A stretch of 64,000 nt of DNA from Mobula hypostoma (lineage: Eukaryota): NCBI RefSeq assembly GCF_963921235.1, contig NC_086108.1, forward strand, positions 49,664,001-49,728,000, given 5' to 3'. Positions 23,690-33,505 of the stretch are shown in pieces; position 1 is the first letter of the stretch; every line of letters starts with the position of its first letter. The notes under the pieces were generated by a model that was given only the letters and a program-made list of their open reading frames with translations, was not told the origin of the DNA and made no database searches. Both the position numbers and the translations under genes were made by a program.

Positions 23690-26610
23690 CAAACCCTGCC
23701 TCCATATAACCCCCCACCTTAAATTCCTCCATATACCTGTCTCCATATAGTCTCTTAAACTTCACTAGTGTATCTGCCTCCACCACTGATTCAGGCAGTG
23801 CATTCCACGCACCAACCACTCTGGATAAAAATCCTCTAATATCTCCCTTGAACTTCCAACCCCTTATCTTAAAGCCATGTTCTCTTGTATTGAGCAGTGG
23901 TGCCCTGGGGAAGAGGCGCTGGCTATCCACTCTATCTATTCCTCTTAATACCTTGTACATCTCTCCAAAGAGTAAAACATTAGCTCCCTTAATCTCTGAT
24001 CATAATGCATACTCCCTAAACCACGCAGCATCCTGGTAAATCTCCTCTGTACCTTTTCCAATGCTTCTACAACCTTCCTACAGTGAGGCAACCAGAACTG
24101 GACTCAGCACTCCAAGTGTGACCTAACCAGAGTTTTATAGAGCTGCATCATTACATCGCGAGTCTTAAACTCTATTCCTCGACTTATGAAAGCTAACACC
24201 CCATAAGCTTTCTTAACTACCCTATCTACCTGTGAGGCAACTTTCAGTGATCTGTAGACATGTACTCCCAGATCCCTCTGCTCCTCCACTCTACCAAGTA
24301 TCCTGCCATTTACTTTGTACTCTGCCTTGGAGTTTGTCCTTCCAAAGTGTACCACCTCACACTTCTCTAGGTTGAACTCCATCTGCCACTTCTCAGCCCA
24401 CTTCTGCATCCTATCAATGTCTCTCTGCAATCTTTGACAACCCTCTACACTGTCTACAACACCACCAACCTTTGTGTCCTCTGCAAACTTGCCAACCCAC
24501 CCTTCAACCCCCACATCCAGGTTGTTAATAAAAATCACGAAAAGTAGAGGTCCCAGAACAGATCCTTGTGGGAGACCACTAGTCACATCCCTCCAATCTG
24601 AACGTACTCCCTCCACCACGACCCTCTGCCTTCTGCAGGCAAGCCAATTCTGAAACCACCTGGCCAAACTTCCCTGGATCCCATGCCTTCTGACTTTCTG
24701 AATAAGCCTACCACGTGGAACCTTGTCAAATGCCTTACTAAAATCCATGTAGATCACATACACTGCACTACCCTCATCTATATGCCTGGTCACCTCCTCA
24801 AAGAACTCTATCAGGCTTGTTAGACACGATCTGCCCTTCAACAAAGCCATGCTGACTGTACCTGATCAGACCATGATTCTCTAAATGCCCATAGATCCTA
24901 TCTCTAAGAATCTTTTCCAACAGCTTTCCCACCACAGACGTAAGGCTCACTGGTCTATAATTACCCAGACTATCCCTACTACCTTTTTTGAACAAGGGGA
25001 CAACATTCGTCGCTCTCCAATCTTCCGGGACAACGAGGACATAAAGATCCTAGCCATTCCCGTGGACAACGAGGACATAAAGATCCTAGCCAGAGGCTCA
25101 GCAATCTCTTTCCTCGCCTTGTGGAGCAGCCTGGGGAATATTCTGTCACACCCCGGGGACTTATCCGTCCTAATGTATTTTAACAACTCCAACACCTCCT
25201 CTCCCTTAATATCTACATGCTCCAGAACATCAACCTCACTCATATTGTCCTCACCGTCATCAAATTCCCTCTCATTGGTGAATACTGAAGAAAAGTATTC
25301 ATTGAGGACCTCACTAACTTCCACAGCCTGCAGGCATTATCTTCCCACCTTTATCTCTAATCGGTCCTACCTTCACTCCTGTCGTCCTTTTGTTCTTCAC
25401 ATAATTGAAGAATGCCTTGGGATTTTACTTTACCCTACTCACCAAGGCCTTCTCATGCCCCCTTCTTGCTCTTCTCAGCCCCTTCTTAAGCTCCTTTCTT
25501 GCTACCCTATATTCTTCAATAGACCTATCTGATCTTTGCTTCCTAAACCTCATGTATGCTGCCTTCTTCCACCTGACTAGATTTTCCACCTCACTTGTCA
25601 CCCATGGTTCCTTCACCCTACCATTCTTTATCTTCCTCACCGGGACAAATTTATCCCTAAACATCGACCACATGTCCATAGTACATTTCCCTGCAAAAGC
25701 ATCATCCCAGTTCACACCCGCAAGTTCTAGCTTTATAGCCTCATAATTTGCCCTTCTCCAATTAAAAATTTTCCTGTCCTCTCTGATTCTATCCTTTTCC
25801 ATGATAATGCTAAAGGCCAGGGAGCGGTGGTCACTGTCCCCCAGATGCTCACCCACTGAGAGATCTGTGACCTGACCCGGTTCATTACCTAGTACTAGAT
25901 CTAGTATGGTATTCCTCCTAGTCGGTCTGTCAACATACTGTGACAGGAATCCGTCCTGGACACACTTAACAAATTCTGCCCCATCTAAATCCTTGGAACT
26001 AATCAGGTGCCAATCAATATTAGGGAAGTTAAAGTCACCCATGATAACAACCCTGTTATTTTTGCACCTTTCCAAAATCTGCCTCCCAATCTGCTCCTCT
26101 GTATCTCTGCTGCTACCAGGGGGCCTATAGAATACTCCCAATAGAGTATCTGCTCCCCTCCTGTTCCTGACTTCCACCCATACTGACTCAAAGGAGGATA
26201 CTGCTACATTACCCACCCTTTCTGTAGCTGTAATAGTATCCCTGACCAGTAATGCCACCCACCCACCTCCCCCTTTTCCCCCCCTCTCTATCCCTTTTAA
26301 AGTACTGAAATCCAGGAATATTGAGAATCCATTCCTGCCCTGGTGCCAGCCAAGTCTCTGTAATGGCCACTACATCATAATTCCATGTATGTATCCAAGC
26401 TCTCAGTTCATCACCTTTGTTCCTGATGCTTCTTGCATTGAAGTACACGCACTTTAGCCCTTCTACCTTACTACCTTTACACCCTTTATTCTGCTTCTCT
26501 TTCCTCAAAGCCTCTCTATATGTTACATCAGGCTTTACTCTACGCACTTCTTTCACTGCTCTATCGCTCCGGGTCCCATCCCCCTTGCAAATTAGTTTAA
26601 ACCCTCCCAA
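23690..26610 (-). pseudogene. CR1 ORF2 (APE endonuclease plus reverse transcriptase), frameshifted
   Basis: YFNARSIRNK..VAITETWL; GVFYRPP..MGDFNFPNIDW..ILDLVL..SDH; KSPGCDRIFPRLL; NYRPVSLTSVVGKLLE; YMDFSKAFDKV; GLPQGSVLGPLLF..KFAEDTK. Split over at least six ORFs. Confidence 0.95.
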
Positions 26611-26638
26611 ACCATGCTAGCAAACCTACCTGCAAGGA

Positions 26639-28365
26639 ACACACATCAAAGTTGCTGGTGAACACAGCAGGCCAAGCAGCATCTATAGGAAGAGGCGCAG
26701 TCGACGTTTCAGGCTGAGACCCTTCGTCAGGACTAACTGAAGGAAGAGTGAGTAAGGGATTTGAAAGCTGGAGGGGGAGGGGGAGATGCAAAATGATAGG
26801 AGAAGACAGGAGGGGGAGGGATAGAGCCGAGAGCTGGACAGGTGATAGGCAAAAGGGGATACGAGAGGATCATGGGACAGGAGGTCCGGGAAGAAAGACG
26901 GGGGGGGGGGGTGACCCAGAGGATGGGCAAGAGGTATATTCAGAGGGACAGAGGGAGAAAAAGGAGAGTGAGAGAAAGAATGTGTGTATTAAAATAAATA
27001 ACGGATGGGGTACGAGGGGGAGGTGGGGCCTAGCGGAAGTTAGAGAAGTCGATGTTCATGCCATCAGGTTGGAGGCTACCCAGACGGAATATAAGGTGTT
27101 GTTCCTCCAACCTGAGTGTGGCTTTATCTTTACAGTAGAGGAGGCCGTGGATAGACATGTCAGAATGGGAATGGGATGTGGAATTAAAATGTGTGGCCAC
27201 TGGGAGATCCTGCTTTCTCTGGCGGACAGAGCGTAGATGTTCAGCAAAGCGGTCTCCCAGTCTGCGTCGGGTCTCACCAATATATAAAAGGCCACATCGG
27301 GAGCACCGGACGCAGTATATCACCCCAGTCGACTCACAGGTGAAGTGATGCCTCACCTGGAAGGACTGTTTGGGGCCCTGAATGGTGGTAAGGGAGGAAG
27401 TGTAAGGGCATGTGTAGCACTTGTTCCGCTTACACGGATAAGTGCCAGGAGGGAGATCAGTGGGGAGGAATGGGGGGGACGAATGGACAAGGGAGTTGTG
27501 TAGGGAGCGATCCCTGCGGAATGCAGAGAGGGGGGGGAGGGAAAGATGTGCTTAGTGGTGGGATCCCGTTGGAGGTGGCGGAAGTTACGGAGAATAATAT
27601 GTTGGACCCGGAGGCTGGTGGGGTGGTAGGTGAGGACCAGGGGAACCCTATTCCTAGTGGGGTGGTGGGAGGATGGAGTGAGAGCAGATGTACGTGAAAT
27701 GGGGGAGATGCGCTTAAGAGCAGAGTTGATAGTGGAGGAAGGGAAGCCCCTTTCTTTAAAAAATGAAGACATCTCCCTCGTCCTAGAATGAAAAGCCTCA
27801 TTCTGAGAGCAGATGCGGCGGAGACGGAGGAATTGCGAGAAGGGGATGGCGTTTTTGCAAGAGACAGGGTGAGAAGAGGAATAGTCCAGATAGCTGTGAG
27901 AGTCAGTAGGCTTATAGTAGACATCAGTGGATAAGCTGTCTCCAGAGACAGAGACAGAAAGATCTAGAAAGGGGAGGGAGGTGTCGGAAATGGACCAGGT
28001 AAACTTGAGGGCAGGGTGAAAGTTGGAGGCAAAGTTAATAAAGTCAACGAGTTCTGCATGCGTGCAGGAAGCAGCGCCAATGCAGTCGTCGATGTAGCGA
28101 AGGAAAAGTGGGGGACAGATACCAGAATAGGCACGGAACATAGATTGTTCCACAAATCCAACAAAAAGGCAGGCATAGCTAGGACCCATACGGGTGCCCA
28201 TAGCTACACCTTTAGTTTGGAGGAAATGGGAGGAGCAAAAGGAGAAATTATTAAGAGTGAGGACTAATTCCGCTAGACGGAGCAGAGTGGTGGTATAGGG
28301 GAACTGATTAGGTCTGGAATCCAAAAAGAAGCGTAGAGCTTTGAGACCTTCCTGATGGGGGATGG
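26639..28365 (-). mobile_element. Penelope-like retroelement (RT C-terminal half plus GIY-YIG), 5'-truncated, TSD aagga
   Basis: SIPHQEGL..LAELVLTLNNFSF..QTKGVAMGTRMGPSYACLFVG..LRYIDDC..LPFLDL..YYKPTDSHSYLDYSSSHP. GVIYCVRCSRCGLLYIGETRRRL (27030-27356). One frameshift at the G-run near 27530. aagga at 26634-26638 and 28366-28370. Confidence 0.95.
26699..26734 (-). ncRNA. Minimal type-I hammerhead ribozyme, intact core
   Basis: Minus strand: agtc-CTGACGA-agg(gtctcag)cct-GAAA-c-GTC-gact. Stem I agtc/gact, stem II agg/cct, palindromic ACGT stem III. Confidence 0.8.
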
Positions 28366-28690
28366 AAGGATATTGCTCCCCCTCGAGTTCAGGTGCAACC
28401 CATCCAATCTGTACAGGTCCCATCTTCCCCAGAGGAGATCCCAATGATCCAAAAACCTAAAACCCTGCTCCCTACACCAACTCCTCAGCCACGCATTCAA
28501 CTGCCATCTCCTCCAATTCTTACCATCACTATCACGTAGCAATCCTGAGAACGCCACCCTTGAAGTCCTGATCATCAGCCTTTTGCCTAGTTCCCGAAAC
28601 TCACACTTTAGGACCTCATCCCTCTTCCTGCCTATGTCGTTGGTACCAACATGTATCACAACTTCTGGTTGCTTTCCCTCTCGTACCAAG

Positions 28691-28726
28691 ATTATTGTGC
28701 TGCATCTCTGAATAAATAAATAAAAT
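28691..28726 (+). mobile_element. V-SINE 3' tail (continuation of 23408-23620)
   Basis: attattgtgctgcatctctgaataaataaataaaat completes the SINE tail gggccagaagggccc-attatt-gtgctg. Confidence 0.8.
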
Positions 28727-30204
28727 TGTACTTTTTCTACTTGCTGATCTCTTCAAAAGCTTTGCAATTGAGTTCTAAAATTCCACTACAATGCAGTAAA
28801 GTGACATTACCTCTCGTCAGTGTCAAGTACCTACATCCTACTTCTTCTTCACACTTACCATGTATTCTTAGATTTTAGGGATACGAGTTAAATATACTCA
28901 CTGATCTTCCACAAAATTACATGAATTGTCCAGTAGAAGAGCACGATTCAGGTCAAGTGAGCACAATGCTGTAATTGAACCAGGATAGGGGTAGGGATAG
29001 GGATATGGTGGAGGAAGGAAGATGGGGGCTTGAGGAGGAAGGAACAGTATAGAGAGGTTCATAGTTTGGGATAGTAGTGTTAGTTTATGAGGGCCCAAGG
29101 AATTGGCACTGTTTCACTGTGAAGCACATTAGAGAGTCCAACAAAGGACTGCATATAAAGAAATCATGATCTAAGATCCTGCCCATGGAAGCTGTTTTCT
29201 GGACTGGTCACAGTAAAAATGGCTCGGGCCGAAGCCAGTGCATAAATGTTAAGGCATGATACAACGCTTAGACAGTGTTATATAGTGTGATTACTGACAG
29301 CAAGATTAGATAAATTTCCAAGGCAATAAAAGTCATAATACCCAGTCCTTGAAACTGCAGTGTGGCATATTGGATAGAGTACTAGGTTGTCAGGGGTCAT
29401 GAAGACTTGACTTGGTCAGGATCTGCTGCTACCACCACCAGTAACACTGCATTGACAGCAACTGGAGCTCAACAAAACTCTGCCTAGACCCTCAGTTGGT
29501 TTTAGCCCCAAATCCTGACCTCCCTGATTAGCTCAGGCCTGACATCTGCCCCCCACTCCCTGACCCTGCACTGAGAGCTTCAGATACTCCAAGACACATG
29601 TCACCAGAAAGCCAACCCCCCAAGGCCTGTTGGGACTCCAATGGCAAAATAGCTCATTTAATCCCATGGAAATAAAACCACCTTCATTCTGGGTGGCATA
29701 CTTATTAAGGAAGATGGATGTTGGTATTGTATCTACAAATGATTCCTTTGCAAATGTAAACCCACTTCTCTCGCACTGTCACCTGTGGTGGAAGGGGTTC
29801 ATTATTCAACGACTGCTTGACAAAAACTATTTTCATTACAAATGTAGGCACAGGAATTTGTAATAGAATATAATTAAGGATGGAATGTACATTAAAATGG
29901 GAACAGCATTACATTTGTGAGCCTTGCCACAATTGACAATGATCCCAACCACTGGACCACACAAATTGAAAAAAAAATACATTTGAACTTGACTGCCCCA
30001 TTACATTTCCAAGAGATGATACTAGTGTGTTTAAAGGGGCCACTCAGTTATAATATTCACAAAAATCTGAAACTGGAGTTAATAAAGCAGGAAAAATACC
30101 AAAGTATCATTTCAGAAAAAGTGTTTTTTACCATCATTCAGTCAATAGTTTAGATATTCTCTCCCATGTGATTTTGTAATGTCTGTTAGTCTAGTAACTT
30201 AATT

Positions 30205-30390
30205 GGAGTCGCTGCCCTACAGATCCAGAGTCATAGGTTTGAATCCTACCATGATAGCTGGGGGATTTAAATTCAAGTCATGAAATTGATCTGGAATAAA
30301 AACTCATCTCTCAATAATGGAAGCTACGAAACGATCAGATTGCTGTAAAAACCTAGTTGATTCATGTTTATCCTCGGGGATGGAAAAATT
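30205..30390 (+). mobile_element. Old tRNA-like SINE fragment
   Basis: B-box-like ggtttgaatcctacc, followed by atttaaattcaag...atctggaat...gattgctgtaaaaacc. Resembles a common shark SINE body (recalled, not searched). Confidence 0.5.
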
Positions 30391-30409
30391 ACGGAATAAT
30401 GGAGATACA

Positions 30410-30720
30410 GAGCATGAACACAGACCTCCAAGTTTTCTCCCCCAGGCAGTTAATCGAGTTAGCCACCCCCTCTATCTATTACCTCAGTCACTTCACTGTG
30501 CTGCAAACACTAAACCACTTCTTACAGTGCTGTTTACATTGTAAATACAGACTGATATTTATTTATCACATTATTACATAGCCGTACTTTAACCTCTAAC
30601 TTTATTTTTATATAATTCTTTATTGTTTATATTAGTTGAATGTTGTTTTTTTTGTTGCATGCCACACCTAACCAACATACCACAGCAAATTCCTAATACA
30701 TGTAAATATATATGGTGAAT
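30410..30720 (+). mobile_element. Rex1-type LINE 3' UTR fragment
   Basis: agacctccaagttttctcccccaggcagtta...cacagcaaattcctaatacatgtaaatatatatggtgaata. Confidence 0.55.
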
Positions 30721-32285
30721 AGAAGGAAAATTTTCAGAGTACTGAGTTTTGATGTTCCTGTGAGAATAAAAGGCAAGGATGACAGATTTAGAGAACCATG
30801 GTTTCCAAGAAATATTGCGGCCTTCGTTAAGAAAATCAAGGAGGTGCATAACTGGTACAGGTAGGCAGGAATAAATGAGGTACTTGAGGAGTGTAAGAAA
30901 TGCAAGAGAACACTTAAGAAGGCATTAATTTGCTCTAGCAGACAAGGTGAAGCCTAAGGGCTTTGATAAATATAATAAGAACAAAAGGATAGCAAGCAAT
31001 AAAATTGATCCTCCAGAAGATAAGAATGGCATTTTATGCAAGGAGCTAAAAGAGATGGGGGAGGTCTTAAATGTGTTTTTACATATAGATGAGGCAAAGT
31101 AGCAGCAAGGCCATGTACCCTATGCAGGTTACAGAAGAGGACAAAGTCTATAGATGTGAGACAATAAAGCAATGAGGTCATGGGCCCTATACAGATTGCC
31201 GAGATATTTACTGCCTTCAGGCAAACCAGAGTGGATAAATCCACAGAGCCCAACGATATGTTTCCTTGGACCCTGTGGGAGGCTAGTGCAGAAATTGTGG
31301 GGGCCCTAGCAGAGATATTTAAAATATCCTTAGCCACAGGTGAGGTGCCAGAAGATTGGAGGACAGCTAATGTTGTTCCGTTGATTAAGAAAGGCTCTAA
31401 GGATAAGCCAGGAAATTACAGGCTGGTAAGCCTGATATCAGTAGTGGGAAAGCTATTGGAAGATATCCCAAGGAACTGGCGGAGCAGACTCAACGGGCCG
31501 AATGGCTGACTTCTGCTCCTTTGTCTTATGGTCTTATGTCTTATGGAACTGGAAATATAAGTGTTTGGATAGACAGGGACTGATTAGGGGTAGTCAACAT
31601 GGCTTTGTGTGTGACAAGTTGTGTCTAACCAATCTCATTGAGCTTTTTGAGGAAGTTCCCAGGAAAGTTGGTGAAGGCAAGACAATGGATATTGTCTACT
31701 GGTCCCACATGGAAGGCTGTTCAAGAATGGTCAGTCGTTTGGCATTTAAGATAAAGTAGTAAACTGGATTAGACATTAGTTTTGCAGAAGAAGCCAAAGG
31801 TTAGCTGCAGATAGTTGCCTCCCTGACTGGAGGTTTGTGATTAGTGGTGTGCCATAGCGATTAGTGTTGGGTCTCTTGTTGTTTGTCATCTGTATCAATA
31901 ATCTGGATGATAATGTGGTAAATGGGATCAGCAAATTTGCAGATGGCACTAAGACGGAGGTCTAGTAGACAGCAAGGAAGACTAGCAAAACTTGCAGTAG
32001 GATCTGGACCAGCTGGCGAAATGGGCTATAAAATGGCAGATGGAACTTAATGGATGCAAATGTGAGGTGTTGCACTTTGGGAGGACCTACCAGGGTAGAT
32101 TTAAAACATGGCGAATGGTAAGGCACTGAAGAAGTGTGGTAGAACAAAGGGATTTGGGAATACTTATCCATAATTCCTTGAAAGTGGTGTCACAGTTAGG
32201 TAGGGACACAAAGAGAGCTTTTGGAACATTGACCTTCATAAATCAATATATTGAGTACAGTAGCTGAGATGTTATGTTGAAATTG

Positions 32286-32459
32286 CAGATATCCCACCCT
32301 GCAAAAACTCATTTCACGGAGATAGCACCACCATTTCAGGGAGGTAGCACACAACCCCCCCCGCCCCCCGTCGGCCTCCAAGGGCGCATGTATACGGGAC
32401 ATATGATTATGAAAGAACACAACAATTTGTTTGACACATATTGAAACTATTTACGTACA

Positions 32460-32539
<80 letters not shown>

Positions 32540-32540
32540 T

Positions 32541-32585
<45 letters not shown>

Positions 32586-33505
32586 TATACATATATATAT
32601 TCCTTGTTGAGTATGTTGTTGGCAATCTCAATGCTAATGCAAATAGCTTTTCTATTTCTTTTGCATACTTTCCTTGTACTGTGATATGGCTCTGCTGAAA
32701 TGAACTGTGAAATACTTGAGTAGCCTTCCCTGCGATAGCCTCACTAATATGTTCTGGTCCCTAAAAGAAATAAAAGCATGAATAAGGTGTATCCTTATTA
32801 TATTGTCTTATGTAATAGTTTGTTTAGTGATTTTGTCTAATCTGTAATCTGGGTATATGCAGAAAATGTGACATTAAAATACAGTATGTACTTATATATT
32901 ATCATGGAGTCGTTTTTTAATTCTATTACAACTTTAAGCACACCTACAGGGAGTTTAGCCTCATCACGTAGGATGTCAATAGAATAGCTCCTTAGCAGCT
33001 GGCCAGCTAGTTTAAATAACGTTAGCTATGCTAATGAATGAATGACACCTGTTAAACTCACCTCAACATGTCTTTTACAGTCTTAACCCACCATGGGCAA
33101 TAGAAAAGTCACTGTTGCAAACAGTGCAGCGAGCAACACTGTCATTATTTTTGACCCCTATTAGGCAGGGGTACACTTTAGTGTAGTCTGCGCTGGAGTG
33201 CGTTTTATATTTTCTTTTTTTGAAACACTTTGCCATGGCGGTGCAGGACATGAAACTGAACTGATGGAGACACAGAGGTCGACTGTAAAGCCCGCCCACA
33301 GAGAAAACTGATAGGTCTACTTAGCACAAAGAGGGACCAATCAGGATGTTCGCTCTTGCTCCCACTCTCGAACTCACTCCCACTCCCGCTCTCCCACTCC
33401 CTCTCCCTCTCATTTCTGGGATATTGTATATAATTTGCGGGCATCAGGGAGCTGCTATTAATACGCGGGAGACTCCCGGAACTTCTGGGAGAGCTGGGAT
33501 GTCTG
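32286..33505 (-). mobile_element. Non-autonomous TIR DNA transposon (hAT-like zinc-finger exon), 6-bp TSD aaattg
   Basis: TIRs cagatatccca / tgggatgtctg. aaattg at 32280-32285 and 33506-33511. MAKCFKKRKYKT..YPCLIGVKNNDSVARCTVCNSDFSIAHGG..DCKRHVE followed by gtgagt. Confidence 0.85.
32461..32600. repeat. Compound (TA)n/(CA)n microsatellite
   Basis: Directly visible. Confidence 0.97.

Larger units (their letters stand above)
26592..28689 (-). pseudogene. CR1 ORF1 C-terminal SGNH-esterase domain, split by a PLE insertion
   Basis: PEVVIHVGTNDIG...LNAWLRSWCREQGFRFLDHW...DGLHLNSRGSNIL (28366-28689) resumes as AGRFASMVWEGLN* (26592-26633). Confidence 0.88.
23621..28690 (-). mobile_element. CR1 (HER1-like) LINE, 5'-truncated within ORF1, flanked by TSD attatt
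   Basis: (ctatgtt)-type 3' tail at 23621-23640. attatt at 23615-23620 and 28691-28696. ORF1 and ORF2 domains listed separately. Confidence 0.95.

Noticed and set aside
24885..26130. Plus-strand ORFs of 215, 113 and 74 aa
   Set aside because: Antisense shadows of CR1 ORF2.
27353..28444. 363-aa ORF as a complete gene
   Set aside because: The first 26 or so residues are an alternative frame of CR1 ORF1 read across the insertion junction. The PLE RT is 5'-truncated, and the C-terminus is out of frame after the G-run.
32407..32698. ORFs with YI/HT/CV repeats
   Set aside because: Translations of a (TA)n(CA)n microsatellite.
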